Source: a virus (taxonomy: Duplodnaviria; Caudoviricetes). Taken from it: DNA of 64,000 nt. The stretch is from the IMG/VR virus record IMGVR_UViG_2884152688_000003, positions 1 to 64,000 of that record. One strand, 5' to 3'. This document shows, in pieces, positions 39,319 to 49,588 of the stretch. The number at the start of each line of letters is the position of its first letter. Positions within the stretch are counted from its first letter, which is position 1. Position numbers and translations under genes: made by a program. The notes beneath the pieces were generated by a model. The model was not told where the DNA came from. It did not search any database and worked only from the letters and a program-made list of their open reading frames with translations.

Positions 39319-39723
39319 ATGGAATTAGATACAAATAATCATTCAGTATTTCTTCTATATTATCACCTTGTGTTGGTAACTAAATATCGTAGACAGGTGA
39401 TTGATGATGAAATATCTGATTACGCAAAAGCTACTTTTGAAAGAATTTCAGAATCTTATAACATTACTTTAGTTGAGTGGAATCACGATAAAGACCATAT
39501 TCATATTATGTTCAAAGCTCAACCTAAAACAGAAATGACAAAATTCATAAACGCCTACAAGAGTGCTAGTTCACGTTTGATAAAACGGAACTTTCCAAGA
39601 GTTAAACAGTTTCTTTGGAAAGAGATGTTCTGGTCTAAAAGTTTTTGTCTTTTGACAACTGGTGGAGTTCCAATTGATGTGATTAAGAAATACATTCAAA
39701 GTCAAGGAAGTAATCATAAATAG
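39319..39723 (+). CDS. tnpA: Y1 HUH transposase
   Basis: YHLVLVTKYRR, DHIH, KKYIQSQ. Confidence 0.95.
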   Translation: MELDTNNHSVFLLYYHLVLVTKYRRQVIDDEISDYAKATFERISESYNITLVEWNHDKDHIHIMFKAQPKTEMTKFINAYKSASSRLIKRNFPRVKQFLWKEMFWSKSFCLLTTGGVPIDVIKKYIQSQGSNHK

Positions 39724-39730
39724 AAAGTAG

Positions 39731-40882
39731 GTGAACCTCATGAAACAATTAAAAGCATATAAATTCAGAATATCTCCAACAGAAGAACAAGAAATATTCT
39801 TCGCTAAGTCTTTTGGTTGTGTTCGTAAGGTCTACAATCTAATGCTTGATGACCGAATGAAATCTTATGAAGAGACTAAGGATGATACATCTAAAAAAAT
39901 GAAATTTCCAACACCTGCAAAATATAAGAAAGAATTTCCTTTCTTGAAAGAAGTAGATAGCCTTGCTTTAGCAAATGCTCAACTAAATCTAGATAAGGCT
40001 TATAGGAACTTCTTTCGAGATAAATCAATTGGATTTCCTCGTTTCAAAAGCAAAAAAAATCCTGTTCAAAGCTACACAACAAATAATCAAAATGGAACAA
40101 TAACATTGGTTGACGGTAAGTTTATTAAGTTGCCTAAATTAAAGTCATTAGTTAGAATTAAACTGCATAGGCAAATTAAAGGAATTATCAAATCAGCAAC
40201 AATATCACGTCTTGCAAGTGGCAAATACTTTGTGTCTATTCTATGCGAAGAAGATATACAAGAATTGCCAAAGACTAACTCTACTATTGGCATCGACTTA
40301 GGAATATCTCACTTTGCTATACTATCTGACGGTCAAAAGATAGATAACCATAAATTTACTTCTAAGATGGAACAAAAACTTAAACGTGAACAACGCAAAC
40401 TATCCAAACGTTGCCTTATGGCTAAAAAGAAAGGCATTAAACTTTCTGATGCTAAAAACTACCAGAAACAAAAAAATAAAGTAGCTAAGCTACACGAAAA
40501 AGTAATGAACCAACGTGAAGATTTTCTGAACAAGTTAAGTACATCTATTGTCAAAAACCACGATACTATTTGTATAGAAGACTTAAATATCAAAGGAATG
40601 TTACGTAACCATAAATTAGCAAAATCTATATCTGATGTATCATGGTCTAGATTTGTAACTAAATTAGAATACAAAGCCAACTGGTACGGAAGAAAAGTTA
40701 TAAAAGTAGATAAATGGTATCCGTCTAGTCAAATTTGTTCTAACTGTGGACACAATGATGGCAAGAAAGAGTTAACCATAAGAGAATGGACTTGCTCTAA
40801 TTGCAACACGAATCATGATAGAGATATAAATGCAAGTATAAATATAAAAACCGAAGGAATTAGGTTACTAGAAATATCGTAG
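39731..40882 (+). CDS. tnpB: RNA-guided endonuclease TnpB
   Basis: GIDLG, IEDL, Zn finger, DRDINAS; RuvC triad intact. Confidence 0.95.
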   Translation: MNLMKQLKAYKFRISPTEEQEIFFAKSFGCVRKVYNLMLDDRMKSYEETKDDTSKKMKFPTPAKYKKEFPFLKEVDSLALANAQLNLDKAYRNFFRDKSIGFPRFKSKKNPVQSYTTNNQNGTITLVDGKFIKLPKLKSLVRIKLHRQIKGIIKSATISRLASGKYFVSILCEEDIQELPKTNSTIGIDLGISHFAILSDGQKIDNHKFTSKMEQKLKREQRKLSKRCLMAKKKGIKLSDAKNYQKQKNKVAKLHEKVMNQREDFLNKLSTSIVKNHDTICIEDLNIKGMLRNHKLAKSISDVSWSRFVTKLEYKANWYGRKVIKVDKWYPSSQICSNCGHNDGKKELTIREWTCSNCNTNHDRDINASINIKTEGIRLLEIS

Positions 40883-41112
40883 ATAACATAAAAATCAAAG
40901 ATTTTCGTGTCTAACATATGTGAGAACCATAGGAACTATGGGGATAGCTTGGTAAATAAGAGAAACCTCTGTAAGTAAAGAAATACGCTTACAAGTATGT
41001 TCTGTTCCCAAGAAGCTCCCACTTCTAGCGTTAGCTAAGAGGAGAGTAGTTCACGATGTGGCAAAAAGCTTAAATGCTTTCAAAGGGAGGGGCGTGCTCC
41101 TTCCCCAGATTT

Positions 41113-41188
41113 GGATTAGTAGCTCAGTTGGTAGAGCATTCGGCTGTTAACCGAAGGGTCACAGGTTCGAGTCCTGTCTTTTCCGCCA
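41113..41188 (+). tRNA. tRNA-Asn(GTT)
   Basis: D arm gctc/gagc, anticodon ttcgg-ctGTTaa-ccgaa, T arm acagg-ttcgagt-cctgt, encoded CCA; two U-U mismatches in acceptor stem. Confidence 0.9.
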
Positions 41189-41200
41189 ACAAGTTGAATT

Positions 41201-41320
41201 TTCCACCAAGTGAATTTAAATGTATCTATGATATTTAGACGCCCTCCTTTCATCATACGTTTTTATTCTTAGTCTATTACAAAGGGTATCGTAGATATGT
41301 TTAAGTTCACTTATGGTGAA
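41201..41320 (+). ncRNA. long hairpin RNA with anti-Shine-Dalgarno loop
   Basis: 26-bp stem 41208-41233/41287-41312 with only WC and G-U pairs. Confidence 0.5.
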
Positions 41321-41375
41321 TTTATAATTAAATTTATTTTGCATATTATTTAACTGTTTGTTATAGGATGCATAA

Positions 41376-41434
41376 ATGAAGATGGTAATGTTTAATTAAT
41401 TATTAAACAAGTAGGTTCAATTCCTACACTTCAT
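41376..41434 (+). pseudogene. tRNA-like element lacking a D arm
   Basis: atgaag/cttcat stem; T arm gtagg-ttcaatt-cctac. Confidence 0.45.
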
Positions 41435-41486
41435 CTGTTCCAGCTTGGAACAAAGTTGTAAAAAAATACACAAAATTTTATGAGAT

Positions 41487-42050
41487 TTTCTAGTGTCATT
41501 AAGGTACACAATTAAACCTTGCAATCTTCACGTTGTCAAGGAAATTACGACCCACTACGTCTGGGTACTAATGAATGTAGAGTCGTAAGACTCATCTAAG
41601 CCTTGCAGGTTTGACGACTGTCAAGGATATCATAATCCATTCTAGCCTCTTTATAGTGATGGATAAATGCTCATTAAGAATGGACTTTTGAGAGATGCGG
41701 TTAAGCTTCCTTGTTAATGTGACAAAAGCTAAAATTTACCGTACGAACACCACTACAACTTTGGTATTCATCACATTAAGGTTGTAGTTAAAAGACTGGC
41801 TAAATGTCTATAAAGAATAGCTGACACCTTGGGACTGATGGTATTCCAATTAAGCGTAATCTAAGTACGCCAGTGAGGTGGCTAGTAAATCTAGTTCTTC
41901 CCAAAAAAACAACGTGTTCGGGTATACTAGTTGTGAAACACCGAGGCACACTAACAGCAAAACCTTAGCAAGTACGCTCCCCAACATCAGGGTTCAGCCA
42001 AAAGCTAGGGTCACGAGACTAACTTTAGTCCTTACGTGGGGCTAAAGAAA
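41487..42050 (+). ncRNA. large structured RNA, ROOL-like
   Basis: About 565 nt, no ORF, 5' and 3' ends pair, many hairpins, downstream of tRNA, terminator 42062-42091. Confidence 0.65.
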
Positions 42051-42091
42051 TATAAAAATCCTAGACATGATTTTAAACTGTCTATTTTTTT

Positions 42092-43279
42092 GTGGAGAAA
42101 ATGGGAGAAATTATGGAGAAGAAAGAAAAAATTGACTTAATGTTGGGTAGACTCAACAGAGAAAATGATTATCCCTGGGAAGAGATATCTAAAATGGTTG
42201 GGTTGAATTTTTCAGGGGATCATGTTAGAAAAATGAGTTATGGCATGAAAATGCTAGACGACTATAACAAAGAAAATAGTTCAGAAAGATATAGTGGTCA
42301 AGATTTAAAAGAGATAAAAGAGAAAATCTTAGAATTAAAAAGAACTAGACAACAACTATCCGATGAAAGAACCTTTACCAATAAAAAGATAAGAGGTCTT
42401 GCAAGAATAGAGGACTTTATAAATTTACTAAGAGATGAATTAGAGCTTCTTGCGTATGAAAAACCAATGATAGTTAAATCTGAAGATTTAAACTCATTAG
42501 GGTTCAGTTGTCAAGATAATGTAGGGATACTATTATTGTCAGATATTCATTATGGCATAGAGAGTGACAATATAGCAAATAAGTACAACACTGAAATCGC
42601 AATAGAAAGAATGAATTCTTTAATAAATGATACTATAAAATATTCAAATCTACATGGTATTGACGAGATATATGTTTTTGAACTAGGGGATAGCATTTCA
42701 GGACATATACATAACAATTTAAGATTAGAGAATAGAATAGATGTAGCTCAACAAATAATAGGTATATCAGAATTGTTATCAAGTGCTATGTTTGAACTAT
42801 CTAAGAGTATCAAGAAAGTCAACTTCTGTATGGTTGAAGGAAATCATGATAGAATTTTGCCTAAGAAGGATGATAATTTAAATAAAGACAGTTTTGCAGT
42901 GTTGGTGCAAGAACTTATCAAACAAAGAACTAAAAATATAGAAAACTTCAATTTTATTGACAGTATTGGGAAAACGTTTTCTAAAGTTGAGATAAAAAAC
43001 AAAACGTGTTTTGCAGTTCATGGAGACAAAGATAGTTCAAAATCAGTCGAGGGGTTACAAGCAATATCTGGTATCAAGCCAGATTATGTATTTATGGGGC
43101 ATTTTCATAATGCTAATGAATACACAATTAATCAATCGGAAATAATAGTAAATGGTGCGTTTAGTGGCGTTGATGAATATGCTTACAATATAAGAAAAAA
43201 TTCACCACCTATTCAAAAGTTCATTATTATGAATGAGAATGGAAGATTATGTACGTATAATTTCAATTTAAGCAATTAG
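42092..43279 (+). CDS. metallophosphoesterase (SPbeta YonJ-like)
   Basis: LSDIHYG, LGD, GNHD, HGD, GHFH. Confidence 0.85.
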   Translation: MEKMGEIMEKKEKIDLMLGRLNRENDYPWEEISKMVGLNFSGDHVRKMSYGMKMLDDYNKENSSERYSGQDLKEIKEKILELKRTRQQLSDERTFTNKKIRGLARIEDFINLLRDELELLAYEKPMIVKSEDLNSLGFSCQDNVGILLLSDIHYGIESDNIANKYNTEIAIERMNSLINDTIKYSNLHGIDEIYVFELGDSISGHIHNNLRLENRIDVAQQIIGISELLSSAMFELSKSIKKVNFCMVEGNHDRILPKKDDNLNKDSFAVLVQELIKQRTKNIENFNFIDSIGKTFSKVEIKNKTCFAVHGDKDSSKSVEGLQAISGIKPDYVFMGHFHNANEYTINQSEIIVNGAFSGVDEYAYNIRKNSPPIQKFIIMNENGRLCTYNFNLSN

Positions 43280-43422
43280 GGATTCGTCCCTTTTTGAAAA
43301 AAGGGCATTATATTTTATAGTGTCTTTTTTTCAGTTACTTAGGTAACTGGCATAATTTCCTCCATTCTCCTTATGATGTTGGGTGGTTAACGCCACCCGG
43401 TGTCATATTTTAGAAAGGAAAA

Positions 43423-44298
43423 ATGGAGATGGAAGTAAATAAGAAAATAAAAAACTTAGGAACGGTTATAAAGTGCCACTCTTGTGGTAGTGGAAAAATT
43501 GTTTCTGAATACTACAAAACAAACAATAAATTCAATGCAGATGAAGGCTATCTTCCTATATGTAAAAAATGTTTATCAACTATGTTTTCAAAATTGATAA
43601 AGTTATATGAAAAAGATATTAGGAAGGCCTTTATGCATTTATGCATGATGATGGACTTTGAAATTAATCAAGATGCATTTGATAAAAATATAGATAAAGA
43701 AAATCCAGAAATTAGTATATTAGCGTACTTTGATCATATAACAAGAACAGCAGGAAGAAGAAAAATAACCTCTATGAATGAGGAAAGTATACATAGTATT
43801 ATTGAACTTTCTAAGGGTCTAAAATTAGAAAATAATGATTATGAAATGATTATAGAAAGCTTTGAAGTCACCCCTGAAATGTATAAATTATGGGGAAAAT
43901 CATACACTAAAGAAGAAATATATTTCTTAGAAGAGCAATTTGAAGAAATAAAAGAAACTCACTCTGGAAAAACGCCAATGGAATTTAACTGGTATAGAGA
44001 TTATGCAGTCATGGAATTAAATAAAAGAAAAGCTCAAGACGCTGGAGAGCATAAGGAATACATGGCATATAATAAAGCACAATCAAGTTTGATGAAAGAG
44101 GCGGGATTAAATCCTTCTAAGAATGATATGGCAGAGAGCGATTCAGCTTTAGCAGGAATGATGGCAAAGGCACTAGAAAATGAGGCTCCTATAGGTGAGG
44201 TATCGGAAGATTTTAATGATGTAGATAAAATAGAAGAATATATGAATACTCTTTATTGTCCACCTCTAGCAAGATCCATAGGTGGTGTTTTAAAATAA
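43423..44298 (+). CDS. Zn-finger protein, putative terminase small subunit
   Basis: CxxC...ICKKC; directly upstream of terL. Confidence 0.55.
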   Translation: MEMEVNKKIKNLGTVIKCHSCGSGKIVSEYYKTNNKFNADEGYLPICKKCLSTMFSKLIKLYEKDIRKAFMHLCMMMDFEINQDAFDKNIDKENPEISILAYFDHITRTAGRRKITSMNEESIHSIIELSKGLKLENNDYEMIIESFEVTPEMYKLWGKSYTKEEIYFLEEQFEEIKETHSGKTPMEFNWYRDYAVMELNKRKAQDAGEHKEYMAYNKAQSSLMKEAGLNPSKNDMAESDSALAGMMAKALENEAPIGEVSEDFNDVDKIEEYMNTLYCPPLARSIGGVLK

Positions 44299-46034
44299 CG
44301 GAATTCAAATTATTTACTAAAACAAAAAAAAGAGAAAATGTGCCAAAGAATCCTATAGAGGCATATAAGAAGTCCATGAAAGAATGGATTCAGTTTTGGA
44401 GAGCTAACCCACATAGGTTTGCACAAGACTATTTACAGTTGAGGTTAAAACCATTTCAACAAGTAATGTTATATATGTTTAATAAGAATAAAACTAATAT
44501 TTTAATAGCAACTAGAGGTATTGGGAAGTCATTTATGACAGCAGTTTACGCCTGTTGCATGGCTATACTTTATCCAAACTCAAAAATAGTAGTAGTTTGC
44601 AAGACTACATACCAATCAAAACTATTTATCAGTCAGAAGATAGAAAATGAGTTATATCAAATGTCTGTAATGCTAAGAAGAGAAATAAAAGAAATAAGAT
44701 CTGAAAGTGAACAAAAAGTTGTTCATTTTAAAAACGGGTCTACTATAACAGCAGTCAACGCAGCCGAAAACAGGAGAGGTCTAAGAGCCACAATTTTAAT
44801 AGTGGATGAGGCAGTAAAAATTGAACAAAGTATATTGGAATCTGTTTGTCTTCCATTTTTAAATGGGGCTGTAAGACAAAGAGGGTATAAGAAAAAGCCT
44901 GAGTATGCTAGTTATGTAGAAAAAGAGAATCAGACTATATATCTAACATCAGCATGGTTTAAGAATCATTATTTTTACAAAGAATATTACCTTAGAAGTA
45001 TAAAAGAGATGCTTAATAAAGAAAGTTCCTTTGTGTTATGCTTTGACGAAAAAATGCCTCTAATGGAAAACTTAACAACAGAATCCGAAATAGCAGATTT
45101 AAAGAAAAAACTTAATCCAATGCGATATGACATGGAAATGAGATCTATATTCTGGGGCGAAGATATAGATGCATTTTTTAAGGTTGATTTATTTAATAAA
45201 TGTAGGACTGGAGTAGATGTATATTATCCACCAAGCAATCTTGATTATGTAAGCGATGCTAGAAGTAAATATGAGATAGCCAAAAAAGATGGTGAGGCTA
45301 GAGTGCTGTCAGCCGATATAGCGGTAGCGGCAGGAAGAAAAAATGATAACTCTATATATTCTTTAATGAGAGTATTACCGATATCAGGAAGTGGATTTAG
45401 AACGCATTTAGCACATATGGAGTCACATAATGGATTAAAGCCTGAAAAACAAGCACTTCAAATTAAGAGGCTTTTTTATGATTTTAAATGTGACAGAGCT
45501 GTAATAGATGCTCATGGTGTAGGAATTTCTGTTTACAACGAACTAAAGAAAGAAACCTACGATCCCGAGAGAAATGAAAGATACCCTGAATGGGGTGCTT
45601 ACAATGAAGATAGTATGGTTCCTGGAACAGTGGTTAATGATGTCCACTATGTTTTATATGCTATGAAAGCCAGTGCAGATTCAAACCATGAAATGGCTAT
45701 GCATCTAAATGGTGATATCATGAGTGAAAAAATTGTTTTTCCTATGAGTGAGACAGAGGCGGAAGAAATATTGCAAGAGAGATATGGATATTCTTCTTTA
45801 ATCGGTTCAATGCAAGCAAAATTATTAGAACCATTCATTCAAACAACATTATTAATGGGGGAAATGGTAAACCTAAAAGGCGAATGGCCTAATGGAAAAA
45901 TAAAATTAAAAGAAAAGGCTGGAGCAAGAAAAGATAGATACTCAAGTTTGGCTTATGGTAATTTCATATGCCATCAGATAATAGAAGAAAGAACAAAGAA
46001 AGTTACGAAGAGCAAATTTATGTTCTTCACATAA
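44256..46034 (+). CDS. terL: terminase large subunit
   Basis: TRGIGKS (Walker A), LIVDEA (Walker B), SADIA...ND, KDRYSS; real start may be ATA 44295. Confidence 0.92.
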   Translation: MSTSSKIHRWCFKITEFKLFTKTKKRENVPKNPIEAYKKSMKEWIQFWRANPHRFAQDYLQLRLKPFQQVMLYMFNKNKTNILIATRGIGKSFMTAVYACCMAILYPNSKIVVVCKTTYQSKLFISQKIENELYQMSVMLRREIKEIRSESEQKVVHFKNGSTITAVNAAENRRGLRATILIVDEAVKIEQSILESVCLPFLNGAVRQRGYKKKPEYASYVEKENQTIYLTSAWFKNHYFYKEYYLRSIKEMLNKESSFVLCFDEKMPLMENLTTESEIADLKKKLNPMRYDMEMRSIFWGEDIDAFFKVDLFNKCRTGVDVYYPPSNLDYVSDARSKYEIAKKDGEARVLSADIAVAAGRKNDNSIYSLMRVLPISGSGFRTHLAHMESHNGLKPEKQALQIKRLFYDFKCDRAVIDAHGVGISVYNELKKETYDPERNERYPEWGAYNEDSMVPGTVVNDVHYVLYAMKASADSNHEMAMHLNGDIMSEKIVFPMSETEAEEILQERYGYSSLIGSMQAKLLEPFIQTTLLMGEMVNLKGEWPNGKIKLKEKAGARKDRYSSLAYGNFICHQIIEERTKKVTKSKFMFFT

Positions 46035-46052
46035 AATATATAGAGAAAAGAG

Positions 46053-47525
46053 GTGAGAGTAATAGAAAATGAAAAAGTAAACACAGTTGAGACCATCACA
46101 AAGGAAGAGCGTGAAAAAAGAGAACAAAGCACAAAAATGTTCGCATCTAGAGCGGGACGTGACTCAAGGGGAATATCTTCTATAGAAGAAGTCTATAAGA
46201 AAATTTATTCAAATTCCACGATAACACCTGATATGTTGCAAAACTATTTAAGAAATCCTATAGCTAACACCTCTGGATTGCAAGATGTTTCTCAGAAAAT
46301 GTTACTATCCAATGGTATTCTAAAAGAGTTTATAAATTATAAAGCTACGATTCTCACTCAAGATCATTATATTTATGCATCCGACTCTTTTCGATATAAG
46401 GATAAAGATTCAATTTTAAAAGATGAATTAAAAGTGGCTCTTCATCTAGAAAAATTCCATGTAAAAACACTTATTAGATGGATAACCGAGAGACTTTTAA
46501 TAAATGGTGAAGTATATATTTATAAAAGAGAACTAAAAGATGGAATATTAATGCAAGAAATTCCACAAAAGTTCTGCAAGATTGTACAACTCGATGAGTT
46601 TGGTGTATTTAGGTATGGCATTGACTTGGGGAAAATAGATGATAAAGATATAGAATTTTATCCGGATGAAATTCAAAAAGCTAAAAAGTTGAAAAACAAA
46701 ACCAATAAAAAGAAATTTAAAGGTAACTATTATATTGTAGGTGAAAACGGAATAGCTTTTCAAATGAACCAATGGGATTCCAAAGGTTTACCATATTATA
46801 TGCATTTGTTCCCAGCTTTGATGAATTTATCGGAATCTGAAAATATAGATAATCTTAGTAATGAGTTGGATAACTACAAACTTTTACATCAGAAAATAGA
46901 CACTGATAAAGATGGAAACATACTAGTTGAATCAGACACAGCGGAAATGTATCATGAGGCATTAAAGCAGAAAGCACCAGATGGGGTAGGGGCGATAACA
47001 ACTCCATACACCATTAAACCAATAACGCTTGGTGATGGCAAATTAAAAAATTATGAACACACAAATAAGATTAAAGAAAGTATATATGACAACGCTGGTA
47101 TCGCCAACGATTTATTTAATGGAAATTCAAAAACGAATGAAGCTACAATACTTAGTGCTATTATAGATACCTTAATTCCACTAAAGATCCAATCACTGGT
47201 AGAAACCTATTTAAACTATGAACTGAAATTAAAGTTTAAAAGGGGTGGATGGAAAGTACAATTTGTCTCAACAACTCATTATAATAGGTCAAAGATGATG
47301 CAAGAAGAAAGAGAAAATTCGGCAGTATATACTTCTAAAAAAAGATATTTAGCTATACAAGGACACACACCTTTACAAGCTTTAAATATATTATATTCTG
47401 AAAACTTAATGGGATTAGAAGAATGGATGAAACCAATGCAGACAGCCCATACATTAAGTGGTAAGGGTAGACCAACTAATTCGGAAAACCCAAATTCTGA
47501 CAGCGTTGGTGAACAAGGAGATTAG
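46053..47525 (+). CDS. portal protein
   Basis: Size and synteny after terL; C-terminal GRP motif. Confidence 0.75.
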   Translation: MRVIENEKVNTVETITKEEREKREQSTKMFASRAGRDSRGISSIEEVYKKIYSNSTITPDMLQNYLRNPIANTSGLQDVSQKMLLSNGILKEFINYKATILTQDHYIYASDSFRYKDKDSILKDELKVALHLEKFHVKTLIRWITERLLINGEVYIYKRELKDGILMQEIPQKFCKIVQLDEFGVFRYGIDLGKIDDKDIEFYPDEIQKAKKLKNKTNKKKFKGNYYIVGENGIAFQMNQWDSKGLPYYMHLFPALMNLSESENIDNLSNELDNYKLLHQKIDTDKDGNILVESDTAEMYHEALKQKAPDGVGAITTPYTIKPITLGDGKLKNYEHTNKIKESIYDNAGIANDLFNGNSKTNEATILSAIIDTLIPLKIQSLVETYLNYELKLKFKRGGWKVQFVSTTHYNRSKMMQEERENSAVYTSKKRYLAIQGHTPLQALNILYSENLMGLEEWMKPMQTAHTLSGKGRPTNSENPNSDSVGEQGD

Positions 47526-47527
47526 GG

Positions 47528-47749
47528 GTGATAAAAATGAGTAAAGAAAATATCCCAGACCTTAGAGATTATTATTTGTACATTATTTCAGAAGTTAAAA
47601 TTTTGGAACAAATGGGTTATAAATTGATATGTGAATACCCTCAATCAAATGGGAAAACATATTATGCATTTCACAACAATGGTAGTCATAGCAAGGTGTT
47701 GGATGAAATGAAAGAGAAGTTTTATTACACAAATGAGCTATTCTTATAG
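47528..47749 (+). CDS. hypothetical protein
   Basis: ORF in head operon. Confidence 0.6.
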   Translation: MIKMSKENIPDLRDYYLYIISEVKILEQMGYKLICEYPQSNGKTYYAFHNNGSHSKVLDEMKEKFYYTNELFL

Positions 47750-47812
47750 GCTAACGCCTATTTTTTTTATATTCAAAAACAAAGACAAAATACAAAAGTA
47801 GGAGGTGATACC

Positions 47813-49072
47813 TTGAAGAATAAAAAATTATTTATGCAATGTGACCTTTCCGAGGGGAAGAGTGAAGTAGTAAATGGAAATCTTGTCCCGGTTAAGATTG
47901 CACTAATGCATGATAATGTCAATAAGCATGATTTAAATATAGACCTTGAAGTTATAAAATCAGCTTCAGAATCTATTAAAAATAAACCAATTCTAGCTTA
48001 TATAAGACAGAAGGAAGACGGATCGTATGATTTCGCCGGACATGAATTTAAGCTTCAAGAAGATTATTACAGTGGGGAAATTAAAAGAGAATTTTTTGAA
48101 CACCCTATTGGGTTAATACCAGAGTCAACGGAAATTGACTATGTTGAACATGATGGAAAAACATATATGACTTGCACAGGTTATATATATGAAGGGTATT
48201 CTAATCAAGCGTTAGATATCATTAAAGAAACTGGATCAAAATGTGTGAGTGTTGAAATTGAACATTCAGCGGAAAAACCAAATTCTGAATACTCAGGGGT
48301 TTCAGATATAGAAGCATTTACTTTTTTAGGAGTGACTATACTTTCTGATGAAATTGAACCTGGTATGGATGATAACTGTAGAATATCTTTTTCAAAAGAT
48401 TCAAGCAAATTTGAAAGCTTTATAGCAAATGCAAATAAAGAACTTAGCGAGTTTGAATTGAAAAAGAAAAAAGAGGATGAACATTCCGAAGATGAGGGTG
48501 AGAATGACGATTCTAAAAACGACCCAGATACAACAAATGAACCTGAAGATGAAAATGAGTCTAAGGGTGAAGATGCTGAGCCGGAAGAAGATTTTGCTTG
48601 TAAAAAGAAGAAGAAAAAGACTTATACAAAAGAAGATGTTATGGCTTTAAATGAAGCCTTGTTTACTTGCTATTCTACAGAGATGGATACAAGTATCGAG
48701 ACAATCGAAGATTTAAAGGAAAAAATATTAAATTCTTTCTCTTCTTTGATTAATGAAAACAAAGAACTTTCTGAATACAAAAAGGAAAATGAAAATAAGA
48801 AAAATGCAGAAGCTGTAGGAAACTTGGTTTCAGAATTCCCACTTTCAGAAGACGAAACATCAAGCTTGAAAGAAAAGGCCTTAAATGGTGAGTTAAGTTT
48901 AGAGGACTTAGAGAAAGAACTATATGTTCTTGTAGGAAAGAAAAACTTAAAGAAAAACAGTGAAAAAGAATTTAGTGCAAATGGGATAATGATGCACGAT
49001 TTCAATGAGCCAGAAGAAGAAAATGAAGTCGCACAATATGGGCCTTCATTAAGAAAATATTTAGGATTTTAG
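47813..49072 (+). CDS. prohead protease/scaffold
   Basis: H.FK, SVEI, FLGVTIL...EPGM then acidic coiled coil. Confidence 0.75.
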   Translation: MKNKKLFMQCDLSEGKSEVVNGNLVPVKIALMHDNVNKHDLNIDLEVIKSASESIKNKPILAYIRQKEDGSYDFAGHEFKLQEDYYSGEIKREFFEHPIGLIPESTEIDYVEHDGKTYMTCTGYIYEGYSNQALDIIKETGSKCVSVEIEHSAEKPNSEYSGVSDIEAFTFLGVTILSDEIEPGMDDNCRISFSKDSSKFESFIANANKELSEFELKKKKEDEHSEDEGENDDSKNDPDTTNEPEDENESKGEDAEPEEDFACKKKKKKTYTKEDVMALNEALFTCYSTEMDTSIETIEDLKEKILNSFSSLINENKELSEYKKENENKKNAEAVGNLVSEFPLSEDETSSLKEKALNGELSLEDLEKELYVLVGKKNLKKNSEKEFSANGIMMHDFNEPEEENEVAQYGPSLRKYLGF

Positions 49073-49086
49073 GAGGATTTAAAAAT

Positions 49087-49566
49087 ATGGCATTAATAAA
49101 TGTAAATAGAGACACAAATGATAGACCTATTTCGGTCGAATTAAAGGATATAGCGAATAAAGAATGTGTGAATGGACAGTTTATATCAATATCACACCCA
49201 ACTGATGAGGCAAATCAAGAATTATTTGAAGGTGTAAAGCTGGATGCGTCTTTACCAGTAGGTATAATTGATGAACCTTTTCATCCATATGAAAAGTCTG
49301 AACAATATAATGATATGGCTTTTCCTGTTGGGGCAAGAGTTAGAGTGCGTTATATCGAACCAGGTTTAGAAATGACAGTTTCTAAAGCAGACTCAATAAA
49401 AGGGCAAATCGCATTAGGGGATTTTGTAACAATAGTACCAGGGGATCACAAACTTACAAAAGTTGCAGCTCCAAAAGAAGGCGAAACAGCAGGTGTTGCT
49501 GTGGGAAGAATAACGAGAGTCTATAAATTTAATAGACAAGATTCAGTAAAAATAGAATTTTTATAA
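49087..49566 (+). CDS. capsid decoration/stabilising protein
   Basis: Synteny between scaffold and major capsid. Confidence 0.55.
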   Translation: MALINVNRDTNDRPISVELKDIANKECVNGQFISISHPTDEANQELFEGVKLDASLPVGIIDEPFHPYEKSEQYNDMAFPVGARVRVRYIEPGLEMTVSKADSIKGQIALGDFVTIVPGDHKLTKVAAPKEGETAGVAVGRITRVYKFNRQDSVKIEFL

Positions 49567-49588
49567 AATAGAGGAGAGTGGTATATAA

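Larger units (their letters stand above)
39211..41054 (+). mobile_element. IS200/IS605-family element (tnpA plus tnpB)
   Basis: Left flank TTTAA, subterminal hairpin about 39227-39246, right end GAAG-hairpin-TTCAC; left boundary inferred. Confidence 0.85.

Noticed and set aside
41055-41106. tRNA-like start gatgtggc...aaatgc plus GC hairpin
   Set aside because: No T arm or acceptor pairing found
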